Shown here: positions 16,340 to 24,950 of the stretch, piece after piece
Layout of the letters: each line of letters begins with the position of its first letter
Position numbering within the stretch: the first letter of the stretch is position 1
Source: Anaerocolumna sp.
Lineage (GTDB): Bacteria > Bacillota > Clostridia > Lachnospirales > Lachnospiraceae
Reading direction: 5' to 3'
NCBI RefSeq assembly: GCF_032079385.1
Contig: NZ_DAMAUC010000003.1
Span: forward strand, 117,119-181,118
DNA: 64,000 nt
Notes under the pieces: model-generated
Told to the model about the DNA's origin: nothing
Database searches by the model: none
Seen by the model: only the letters and a program-made list of their open reading frames with translations
Made by a program: the position numbers and the translations under genes

Positions 16340-17530
16340 CTATGTGAACATTTTTTGCAAATAGACCTTTTTGAGTGATTTTAGTCTATCTAACATTGAT
16401 TGATGAAGAGTAATAAGGTGATCCAGATTCATAAATAATAAACCTATTTGTATCTGTTCTTTTTTAATAACTGGTACTTTTATTTCAATATCAGCAAGGT
16501 CATTTGAGTTAATTGCAGGGTAGCTTGTTCCTGTACATCTATCAAGAACATTTTTAACAAAACGTTCTTCTTGAAGTCGGCCCAGTAAAAAATTACTGTC
16601 TACATATGGCCGCATTTGTGTGTATCCCGTTGAAAAAACATAGTTATTATAAGATAAATTAAATAGATAGTTATTCTTTTGATATGGTCGCACAGTCTGA
16701 TAGAAAACATCTCCTTTTCTCGCCAAACGTTGAGCTCTTGATGGTGCTGATTCTTTTGTTTCTGTTCTATGGCTAATCAAATTTGTTTCAATAACAGATT
16801 CTAAATCGACATACTCAAATTTATCTGGAAGTATTGATTTGGGGTTAAATTCTGCTACTTCCCCCAACTTACGCTGTTCCCATTCACCATAAAAATCAGC
16901 GAAACGCAATCTAGGTACACTTTCTCCATTCTTCGGAAACATTTGCTGCAAGTATCCCTGTTTCATCTGCTTTAGCCTATCTAATTTTCGCTGATGAAGG
17001 GTGATGAGGGTATCTGAACATTTTAAGAACTCAGCAATCTTAGTTTGTTCTTCAAAGCTAGGTACATTAATCTTAATGGAACCAAGTGCAGAAAATTTTA
17101 AATTCCAAGTATCAGATGTTAACCCTTGAGAGTTTCTTTTGAAAGTTTGTATCATGTTATATTGTTTGAATTGATAAGCAAAAAATTCTGAATTAATACC
17201 TTCATTTGGAGTAATTACAGTGTACGCAGGACTTAAAATACCGCTATACGGCGAATATCCACTTGCCCCTTGCCACATACGCATAGAGTTATATGCGATG
17301 TCACCAATTTCAACTTTTTTATAATTTGATTTGTCATCGCTTGAACTGTCATGCCTATCTAAATCAGCGGATTTTACTACTCCTGAATTAATTGTTACTG
17401 ATATTAATTCCCCATCTCCTGACCTTTCAGATCGCTCTATAAAAACATCATGTATCTTACGCTGTTCCCAAGCGATAATGATTTCTATAATGCCTAATTT
17501 TATAGTTACTCCTATACCAATAAAGGAAGT
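16340..17530 (-). CDS. hsdS: Silent, start-less hsdS' cassette (full two-TRD length, inverted)
   Basis: The open frame runs 396 codons from 17530. The first codons (TSFIGIGVTIKLGIIEIIIAWEQRKI..) contain no ATG/GTG/TTG, and the first Met is at 17284. It shares WEQRK, the central LHQRKLDRLKQMKQGYLQQMFP region and the terminal LKKVYLQKMFT with hsdS. Confidence 0.85.
   Translation of the reverse strand, partial: TSFIGIGVTIKLGIIEIIIAWEQRKIHDVFIERSERSGDGELISVTINSGVVKSADLDRHDSSSDDKSNYKKVEIGDIAYNSMRMWQGASGYSPYSGILSPAYTVITPNEGINSEFFAYQFKQYNMIQTFKRNSQGLTSDTWNLKFSALGSIKINVPSFEEQTKIAEFLKCSDTLITLHQRKLDRLKQMKQGYLQQMFPKNGESVPRLRFADFYGEWEQRKLGEVAEFNPKSILPDKFEYVDLESVIETNLISHRTETKESAPSRAQRLARKGDVFYQTVRPYQKNNYLFNLSYNNYVFSTGYTQMRPYVDSNFLLGRLQEERFVKNVLDRCTGTSYPAINSNDLADIEIKVPVIKKEQIQIGLLFMNLDHLITLHQSMLDRLKSLKKVYLQKMFT
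16344..16376. repeat. IR-B' (partner 15246-15278)
   Basis: GTGAACATTTTTTGCAAATAGACCTTTTTGAGT. Confidence 0.8.
16863..16999. repeat. IR-A' (partner 14677-14813)
   Basis: Reverse complement of the hsdS central region, with the 47-nt perfect core at 16953-16999. Confidence 0.9.
17456..17474. repeat. IR-C' (partner 14172-14190)
   Basis: CTTACGCTGTTCCCAAGCG. Confidence 0.85.
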
Positions 17531-17675
17531 TTAAGATACTATCCAAGTGATATACCTATATTCTGATTGAGGAAAAGATATGACTATGATAAAATACAGA
17601 CAGAAGCTGTTGATAGTGTAAGAACCGTTATCAAGAATAGTTTTACTACAAGCAAATCTGATGCGGAAGTTCAGA

Positions 17676-17704
17676 TTGCAAATTCGAAATATGGTATGTA
17701 AATT
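17676..17704 (+). promoter_or_regulatory. Promoter candidate for hsdR
   Basis: TTGCAA (17676-17681), a 17-nt spacer, then TAAATT (17699-17704). It lies about 65 nt upstream of the hsdR start region. Confidence 0.35.
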
Positions 17705-17754
17705 ACCTAGCAACTATAGCTGAAAATCATATACGGAGTTAAATAAAATAATAA

Positions 17755-20700
17755 GTGGGAGGCACTGAATTGGCACGAATGAATTTTGAACAAGAGACGG
17801 AAATGGAAAAGTTATTAATTAATCAGCTTGCTACTGGAAATAGTGCATCAGGATATGTGCAATGGGAATATAGAAAAGATTTAAATAGCGAAAACAAATT
17901 ATGGGATAATTTTCGTAAGATTCTTACGGATAAAAACTTGAGTGCTTTAGATGGTAATCCGATTACAGATCAAGAATTTGAACAAATCAAAAACTTTGTT
18001 TCAGGATTTAATACACCTTATGATGCCGGAAAGTGGCTTGCAGGTGAAAATGGTATATATAAAATTATTCTTACTAGGGAGGATGCTAGTCTTGGCAGAA
18101 TTCCTTTGATTGTGGGAAGGCGTGATGCAGTTGCAGGTGGTGACACGGTATATCAAGTAGTACATCAGGTGAAGCGGGATAAAATAATATTTGAAGACCA
18201 AGACCGTAGATTTGATGTAACTTTATTAATAAATGGATTGCCCATGATTCAAATTGAGTTGAAGAGTCGAAAGCACGGCTATATGGAAGCGTTTTATCAA
18301 ATAGATAAATATATGAAAGAGGATAAATACAAGGGAATATTCTCTACGCTACAGATGTTTGTTATCAGCAATGGAAGTGAGTCTCGATATATAGCTTCAA
18401 GTCTTAAAATGAATTCAAGGTTTTTAACAAAATGGGTGGACGAAAACAATAAGCCAGTAACGGAATATTTAGAGTTTGCAGAGGATGTATTATCTATTCC
18501 CGCTGCTCATAATATGGTGCTTCAATATTCTGTGCTGGATAGCGATAAAAAGAGTGTAATTTTGCTACGTCCCTACCAAATTCATGCCATAGAAGCTGTG
18601 AGAGAAGCCAGTAAAAGGCAAGAGTCAGGATATATATGGCATACAACAGGTTCAGGAAAGACGTTAACATCGTATAAAGTTGCCAGAAACTTACTTCAGA
18701 TCCCTGCAATTGAAAAAACTATATTTGTGGTGGACAGAACAGACTTAGATCAGCAAACAACAGAAGCATTTACATCATATGCAGAAAATGATGTTATTGA
18801 CGTTGACGAAACAAATAATACAAATAACTTGATTGAGAGGCTTTATTCACAGGATCAAACTATGATAGTGACTACAAAGCAAAAAATAAATACTATGTTA
18901 AATCGGTTTGAAATATGGAGAAAAACAGATAAGAATATAAAGAAAATTGATCGCATAAGTAAGTTGAAAATAGCTTTTGTTGTCGATGAATGTCATCGTG
19001 CAGTCTCGCCACAGCAAAAGAGAAAAATTGAGACTTTCTTTAAATCTTCCCTGTGGTATGGCTTTACAGGTACACCAATTTTTGCAGAAAATAAGAAAAA
19101 AACATTAGGAGATTTACCAGCTACTACTAAAGGGCAATATGGCAAGGAGCTACATAATTATACTGTGAAGGAAGCTATTGATGACAAAGCAGTTTTAGGT
19201 TTTCAAGTCGAGTATAAGCACACTTTAAGTGAAGAAACGTTAGATGATATTGTAAAGCAAGCCGCAGGTAAGAATCCATGTGATTTGGAGTCTGATGAAA
19301 AAGAAAAATTAATTCCGTCAAGTGTGTACGAAAATCAAGAACACATGATAGAGGTAATAAAGTCAATTGTAAATAAATCTCGTAAAAAGCTAGGATTTGA
19401 CAATGGAGTGGGGCGAACCTATAATGCTATACTAACTACATCTTCCATCAAACAAGCACAAAAGTACTATGAATTATTTAAAATGTTAAAGAACGGTGAG
19501 CTTGTTGATAAAGACGGAGGGATTGTTCAAATTGATGAAAAAGTAAAAAGGGTATTGCCAGATTTCCCAAAAGTAGCAGTAACATATACTGTTTCAGAAA
19601 ATGAAGAAGATAGTTCACTAAATCAAGATAAAATGAAAGAATCAATCAAAGATTATAATGCCGAATTCGGTACTAAATGGTCTATAGAGAATATTAAGGC
19701 ATACAATGCTGATATAACTAAGAGAATGGCAAGAAAAGAGGAGTACTATCAACTTCGCTCAAATCAGTTAGATATTGTAATTGTCAGGGACCGTATGCTT
19801 ACCGGGTTTGATGCTCCATGCTTATCTACGGTATTTATCGATAGACCGCCGCAGCAACTATATGATATTATTCAAACCTTCTCAAGAACTAATCGACTTT
19901 ATGATAAGAGGAAGACGTATGGACAGATTGTAACATTCAGAACGCCATCAATCTATAAAAAAGAAGTTGATGCTGCACTATTGCTATATTCAAATGGCGG
20001 GGAAGATTTCGTTTTAGCACCAACTTTTGAAGAAGCCAAGGAAGAATTTAAAAAGAGTATTGATAAATTAAGAAACCTTGCAACAGAACCTGAAGATGTA
20101 TCAAGCTTAAAAACAAAAGAGGAAAAGAAGAGCTTTGCAAAAGCATTTCAAGAACTTGATAAATGGTTTACTTCAATACAGGTTTATTCAGAATATAAGA
20201 GTGAAATCCTGTCTGTAGAATTTCAAATTACCGAAAAGGAAATAGAAGAATATTATGGTCATTATATTAATATCCTTGAAGAACTAAAGGAAAATAGAGA
20301 TGATGAAGACAATAGTATTTTGAATATTGAGTATGAGTTAACATCAATTCGTACTGATGATGTTAATTATGAATATATTATATCTTTGATGCAATCCTTT
20401 ATACCTATTGCGAGTGAATACATTTCAGTTGATAATGTATATGGCATGCCACCAAGAGATGACACTATTATGTCAAAAGTTGCAGAAGAAGAGAGCTTTA
20501 ATTATGCTGCACAGCCAATGAAAGAAAAAAGTCGTGAGGAAATTGATAAATACATTAATGATTTAAGTACTCGCAATCCCCAATTAGGCAACGTTATGAT
20601 GCAGCTGTGGTTTGAGATTCAAATGAATGCAGCGAGGTTTGAAAATAAGAGCGTTCTAGGCGTCTTAAATGATATGATAGAGCAAACTATTGATGATACT

Positions 20701-20949
20701 ATTAGAAAAGTTTCTGATGAATGGTTTGTAGGATATGAAGAATTAAAGTTTTATCTTGAAAACTATAGGGAAAAACGCGATAAGCAAGTAGGGGAGACTC
20801 AGCTTACAAGTTCTCAGAATTACGAGGTATATAAAAAGAATTCCTCAAATCCTTTACCGAATAAAATAAAGTATAACAAAAAGCTTCGTGAAGAAATTTA
20901 TCCACAGATTTTACGTGATGTTATCTTGCCACTAAGACATCGTCGGTAA
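17755..20949 (+). CDS. hsdR: Type I restriction enzyme R subunit (helicase-nuclease)
   Basis: Motifs RPYQIHAIEAV, HTTGSGKTLTS, VVDECHR and MLTGFDAP. The N-terminal nuclease-like region reads FDVTLLINGLPMIQIELK. The start is probably TTG 17770 (GGGAGG 17757-17762, 7-nt spacing) or ATG 17779 rather than GTG 17755. Confidence 0.95.
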   Translation: MGGTELARMNFEQETEMEKLLINQLATGNSASGYVQWEYRKDLNSENKLWDNFRKILTDKNLSALDGNPITDQEFEQIKNFVSGFNTPYDAGKWLAGENGIYKIILTREDASLGRIPLIVGRRDAVAGGDTVYQVVHQVKRDKIIFEDQDRRFDVTLLINGLPMIQIELKSRKHGYMEAFYQIDKYMKEDKYKGIFSTLQMFVISNGSESRYIASSLKMNSRFLTKWVDENNKPVTEYLEFAEDVLSIPAAHNMVLQYSVLDSDKKSVILLRPYQIHAIEAVREASKRQESGYIWHTTGSGKTLTSYKVARNLLQIPAIEKTIFVVDRTDLDQQTTEAFTSYAENDVIDVDETNNTNNLIERLYSQDQTMIVTTKQKINTMLNRFEIWRKTDKNIKKIDRISKLKIAFVVDECHRAVSPQQKRKIETFFKSSLWYGFTGTPIFAENKKKTLGDLPATTKGQYGKELHNYTVKEAIDDKAVLGFQVEYKHTLSEETLDDIVKQAAGKNPCDLESDEKEKLIPSSVYENQEHMIEVIKSIVNKSRKKLGFDNGVGRTYNAILTTSSIKQAQKYYELFKMLKNGELVDKDGGIVQIDEKVKRVLPDFPKVAVTYTVSENEEDSSLNQDKMKESIKDYNAEFGTKWSIENIKAYNADITKRMARKEEYYQLRSNQLDIVIVRDRMLTGFDAPCLSTVFIDRPPQQLYDIIQTFSRTNRLYDKRKTYGQIVTFRTPSIYKKEVDAALLLYSNGGEDFVLAPTFEEAKEEFKKSIDKLRNLATEPEDVSSLKTKEEKKSFAKAFQELDKWFTSIQVYSEYKSEILSVEFQITEKEIEEYYGHYINILEELKENRDDEDNSILNIEYELTSIRTDDVNYEYIISLMQSFIPIASEYISVDNVYGMPPRDDTIMSKVAEEESFNYAAQPMKEKSREEIDKYINDLSTRNPQLGNVMMQLWFEIQMNAARFENKSVLGVLNDMIEQTIDDTIRKVSDEWFVGYEELKFYLENYREKRDKQVGETQLTSSQNYEVYKKNSSNPLPNKIKYNKKLREEIYPQILRDVILPLRHRR

Positions 20950-21229
20950 TATCAGAAGCAAACCGGCTAAAGCTCATTCAGGTTTATCGTGGGAAAAGAA
21001 GGCATAAAAATCAAATGCGGAGTGTATGATAAATAAATGATTTGAAAGTGATTAAGAGATTGTAATAATATATGGAGTTGGGGGAATCCCTTGCTTCCCT
21101 TTTTGATTTATATAAATTGCAATACATTATTAACATTGAATAATATCATATAGAAAAATTATCAATTTTTATAATATGAGTATATGTAGAATACAATTAG
21201 ATAAAAAATAATACATATTAATTTCTAAT

Positions 21230-22258
21230 ATGAAAGGAAAAACTATGGCTGGCTATGACTTAAAAGAAGGGTTCTACATAAAACAACAGCTTAGCGAAGA
21301 TAAGCTTTGGTCTATCTTCAGCGGTATGTTTTCCAACAAAGTCTCTCATGATACAAGCTATAAATACGGTTTTTTCAAATCTATCTTAGATAGTTTATAT
21401 AATGCAGATGATAATTTAGTATTGACTTTTGACCAGTTATTTTACAAATTTACTGAAATTTACTGGAATCTGGTTTTGAAACATCATCTTAGGCAGAAAG
21501 CAAAAACAAAAGATGGAAGAGAAACAGCTTTAGAGAGAATCCTAAAAGATTCACTACATCGTCAGGAAATAATTGCTGATGTAAGTTTTGAAGCATTAGC
21601 GGATGACCTGAAAGTATCCATATGCCATAAGGTAAAGATGAAATGCAAGGAAAATGTGGTAGGGGCACTTTTTCGAGATTCCGATGATACATTATATTCA
21701 TTCTCAAAAAAGTCTGAGTACATACAGCTAAACCCACTTGTCTATGCATTTATGACAAAACATAAAAAGATTCTTGAGAAGATGAACTATTTTGAATGGG
21801 CAAAGTATTTGGAAAAGGTAAATGAGGAATCCTCAACTAAAAATCTGTTAAATAATTTGGATTCTATTACTTTACGAAGTGATTTATCAATTTACCGGAA
21901 GATCCTGTTTGAAGAATTTGAGGAACATGAATGTTTTTACTGTGGCAAAGAATTAAAACCGGGAGAAATCCATGTGGATCATTTTATTCCATGGTCATTC
22001 ATAAAAGATGATAACCTATGGAATATGGTTCTTTCTTGTCCGCAATGTAATTTGAAGAAATCTGATCGGTTAACACCTGGCGTTTACGTAGAAAATCTGA
22101 TTCAGAGAAATGATATGATAATCGAGCAAAATGCAAGCCAGATTTCTTCATCCTATAAAAATGAAAAATTACGATTAATATATTATTGGGCAAAATGTAA
22201 TGGTTATCACGAAATATGGACACCGGGAAAGAAGGGGTATACAATTGAAAAAGTATAA
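21230..22258 (+). CDS. HNH endonuclease with an unassigned N-terminal domain of about 230 aa
   Basis: C-terminal CFYCGKELKPGEIHVDHFIPWSFIKDDNLWNMVLSCPQCNLKKSDRL is a CxxC..HxxH..N..CxxC beta-beta-alpha-Me finger. Confidence 0.85.
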   Translation: MKGKTMAGYDLKEGFYIKQQLSEDKLWSIFSGMFSNKVSHDTSYKYGFFKSILDSLYNADDNLVLTFDQLFYKFTEIYWNLVLKHHLRQKAKTKDGRETALERILKDSLHRQEIIADVSFEALADDLKVSICHKVKMKCKENVVGALFRDSDDTLYSFSKKSEYIQLNPLVYAFMTKHKKILEKMNYFEWAKYLEKVNEESSTKNLLNNLDSITLRSDLSIYRKILFEEFEEHECFYCGKELKPGEIHVDHFIPWSFIKDDNLWNMVLSCPQCNLKKSDRLTPGVYVENLIQRNDMIIEQNASQISSSYKNEKLRLIYYWAKCNGYHEIWTPGKKGYTIEKV

Positions 22259-22553
22259 TAAACTGGTAAGGGATAAAATACCTGAAATAATTGAACAGGA
22301 CGGAAGAAAAGTCGTTTGTCATGTGCTGTCAGAGGAAGAATATGTTGCTGAACTTGATAAAAAGCTGAGTGAAGAAGTAAATGAATATAAAGAAGACAAA
22401 AACTTGGAAGAAATGGCAGATGTACTGGAAGTATTATATTCTATCTGTCAGGCACGAGGCTATACCATTAAAGAATTAGAAGCAAAGCGGAAAGAAAAAG
22501 CAGATGCAAGAGGAGGCTTTCAAGAAAAGATATTTCTGGAATATGTGGAGTAA
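22245..22553 (+). CDS. MazG-like / PRA-PH-like all-alpha nucleoside triphosphate pyrophosphohydrolase
   Basis: KKYNKLVRDKIPEII start signature. Acidic metal motifs are LSEEVNEYKE and EEMADVLEV. The likely start is TTG 22245, 7 nt after GAAGGGG, which overlaps the HNH stop by 14 nt. The ORF track offers ATG 22200. Confidence 0.75.
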   Translation: MKKYNKLVRDKIPEIIEQDGRKVVCHVLSEEEYVAELDKKLSEEVNEYKEDKNLEEMADVLEVLYSICQARGYTIKELEAKRKEKADARGGFQEKIFLEYVE

Positions 22554-22774
22554 TCTACTATAGCATAATCCAGTTTTATATGATAAATGGTAACGGAAGC
22601 TGGAAGATAGCATATGATGTCATTGATTTGCCTTAGACAAATAAAGGTGACAAATCTATTGTAGCTGGTACATCCAAGGCATTCTGAAAGTATTTGCCTG
22701 CTGCAGAGAAATAAGGTAATATTTATGTTAATGTAAATGAGTGGATCAGAAAAACTTCAAGTATTTAAATTTAG

Positions 22775-22948
22775 ATAGTTGATACATCCCATCGCCTTTC
22801 TGCTGTCCATTTGGCAGACCGTATAATGATTCTGCAGGGTGGCATGATTACAGAAGAAAGTACTCATAAAGAGCTAATGGCATTGAATGGTGAATATTCG
22901 AGACTGTATCATTTACAGGCGGATAAATATCAGCTAGATATACTCTAA
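22775..22948 (+). pseudogene. C-terminal remnant of an ABC exporter ATP-binding domain
   Basis: IVDTSHRLSAVHLADRIMILQGGMITEESTHKELMALNGEYSRLYHLQADKYQLDIL* contains the H-loop (AHRLS-like) and a typical exporter tail. No upstream body is present. Confidence 0.65.
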
Positions 22949-23036
22949 AGAAATAAATGCATATGACGATATACCATATAATATGTAATTGGTTAGGCTA
23001 GAAGGGAAATTATAATTATTATTGGGAGAAAACAAG

Positions 23037-23849
23037 ATGAGTATACAAAGTATTGAAGCACTTAACTATTTCAATCTGTTCAATTATGCGCAAGATGTCA
23101 ACAACATTTTGCCATCGACACTTGACTTTAAAGAGATTTTAGGTTCTGCAGCTGCTCAACAAACAGGAGAAGTAGAAAGATTTGTTAATGCAGAGCAGAG
23201 CTTAAAAGAACTATATCCTGGTTTAAAATATCAGGTATTAGATGCATCCCAGTTTACATATTTTAATCGGTTGGATTTTCCTACTTCCAAGTTATATGGT
23301 GACAATATAGGTGAAAAGACAATAAATGATCTAAAATCATGGAAACCTAAAACACAATATTCTACGGGGTATGAACCTTGGGTTCAGAGTGAATTGGAAA
23401 AAGTACCAAATGGCCAACATGTTGTACTTATTCATCCTGATGTTCAGAAGAAGATGGAACAGGATCCAGACTATGCTAAACAGATAGTTGCAAAAATTAA
23501 AAAGTATTTTGATGACGATATACGGGTGAATGCATCCATTGATCCTGAATCGGTTATAAGTATGTCACAATTAGTTTCTATAACAAAAGATGGAGAAATA
23601 GGGTTTCATGAAACCGTTTGTGATGGACCATCGTCTAAAACAGCTTATACAGAAAGTGTGAAGAACAAAGTCCATGCAACCAATAAAGAGAAGAATTTGT
23701 TAAATGGACTCTTAAATACAGCATCGATCACTTCACTGCCTATGCTGGAGGGAAAACAAAGAATTTCTTTTGTAAATAATTATAACTATGCATATCAAAT
23801 ATATGGTTTAAGTCAAAAACGTAAAACAGAAAATGGGGAAATTATTTAA
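23037..23849 (+). CDS. Hypothetical protein
   Basis: 270-codon ORF. GGGAGAA lies 6 nt before ATG 23037, and the track's alternative is TTG 23022. I recognised no motif. Confidence 0.6.
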   Translation: MSIQSIEALNYFNLFNYAQDVNNILPSTLDFKEILGSAAAQQTGEVERFVNAEQSLKELYPGLKYQVLDASQFTYFNRLDFPTSKLYGDNIGEKTINDLKSWKPKTQYSTGYEPWVQSELEKVPNGQHVVLIHPDVQKKMEQDPDYAKQIVAKIKKYFDDDIRVNASIDPESVISMSQLVSITKDGEIGFHETVCDGPSSKTAYTESVKNKVHATNKEKNLLNGLLNTASITSLPMLEGKQRISFVNNYNYAYQIYGLSQKRKTENGEII

Positions 23850-23853
23850 AAAA

Positions 23854-23910
23854 GGGGCTGTTGCAAAATAACTGAATAGTAATCAATTATGGAGCAACGG
23901 CTCCTTTTTT
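23854..23910 (+). terminator. Rho-independent terminator candidate
   Basis: GGGGCTGTTGC (23854-23864) pairs with GCAACGGCTCC (23894-23904) using G-U pairs; the alternative is the inner hairpin GGAGC-AACG-GCTCC. TTTTTT follows at 23905-23910. Confidence 0.6.
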
Positions 23911-24094
23911 GTTCTAAAATGTAAAAAGTGGGTGTTAAAGCACCCGCTAGTGGTATAATTAAATTATGACTAGTACTGACAAATCATAATTTTTCAAATA
24001 ACGTTTGTGCAAAGGTTGTTTATATAACAGGCAGAAAAACAGAAATTTGTCGTTCTTGAATGAGGGAATTTTTATAATGGGAAGAGGGCTGGTT

Positions 24095-24352
24095 ATGAAA
24101 AAGAAATGGATAATTGCAATAATTATCGTACTTACATTGTCTTTGCTATTGGTATCCAAGCCTTGGAGGAGCAAACCGTTTAAGGACTTGTCTCCGAAAG
24201 AAATATCATCGGTTTCAGTGGAGCTTATGCCTCCCCATAAGACGATTGAGCTTTATGAAAGTCAAATAAATGAATTGACCGAAATATTACGAGCAGTTGT
24301 AATCTATAAAAGGGTTATTAAGGAGCCACTTGCTGGAGAGGGTGGAAGGTAA
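24095..24352 (+). CDS. Small membrane-anchored hypothetical protein, possibly the 5' part of a disrupted gene
   Basis: MKKKWIIAIIIVLTLSLLLVS is a signal or anchor sequence. The ORF ends after 85 aa, and a second ORF (24330-24644) continues in another frame. Confidence 0.35.
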   Translation: MKKKWIIAIIIVLTLSLLLVSKPWRSKPFKDLSPKEISSVSVELMPPHKTIELYESQINELTEILRAVVIYKRVIKEPLAGEGGR

Positions 24353-24740
24353 GGTCTTAGTAATGGACATCCTTTTGCTCAAACCAATGCGCACATTTAC
24401 TAAAACCATTAACGGATGTAGCAAAGAAAATAATACACAATTAATTTGTCTTTCTGGTCTGGGTGGTGAATCCATCTATAACCGTTTTGACAATATCTAT
24501 GTCTTGAATTTAATGAACTCCGGTCTGCAAAAGGATATACAATATCTGAAGGGAGAACATATTAAGGGAGAAAAATTCATACCTACCATTCACGCTTCCC
24601 AAGGTAAGGTGGAAGAGATGGAACAAATGGAACTGCTGTTTTAATCCCATTAGACCAAGACATCATTATTTTTGACCGTTCAAGACATGTGGAATCCATA
24701 GTCTTGTTGAGTTAAATTATTGGATAAAAGATTATTGCAG

Positions 24741-24796
24741 CACATTACAATTGAGGACATGAGAGAGTTATCTTTCACGTCCTCAATTGTAATGTG
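24741..24796. repeat. Perfect 18-bp stem hairpin with a 20-nt loop
   Basis: CACATTACAATTGAGGAC (24741-24758) pairs with GTCCTCAATTGTAATGTG (24779-24796). Confidence 0.9.
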
Positions 24797-24950
24797 CGAA
24801 AGTCCCGAGTGCGGGCTAGTAGTGCCAAGCACATAGCCAAGAGTAGGGTGTCCCCATTGACAGGGAATCTGAAGAATGATAAGAGCCGTATGAAAGGAGA
24901 CTTTCACGTACGGTTCTGTCGATATGTCCTTGATGGTTAAGTATCAAGTT
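24794..24950 (+). mobile_element. Group II intron remnant (5' GTGCG, canonical domain V, short domain VI-like hairpin; no IEP, most of domains I-IV missing)
   Basis: GAGCCGTATGAAAGGAGACTTTCACGTACGGTTC (24883-24916) fits the 34-nt domain V consensus: AGC triad, a 2-nt AC bulge and a GNRA (GAGA) loop. GTGCG lies at 24794-24798. The span is only about 160 nt. Confidence 0.6.

Noticed and set aside
17584-17700. Short plus-strand frames between hsdS' and hsdR (..VRTVIKNSFTTSKSDAEVQIANSKYGM*)
   Set aside because: There is no start/RBS combination and no recognisable family. It may be a gene relic but is not supportable.
24680-24907. 75-aa minus-strand ORF
   Set aside because: It overlaps the 18-bp hairpin and the group II intron domain V. 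It has no RBS or motif, so it is best explained as non-coding.
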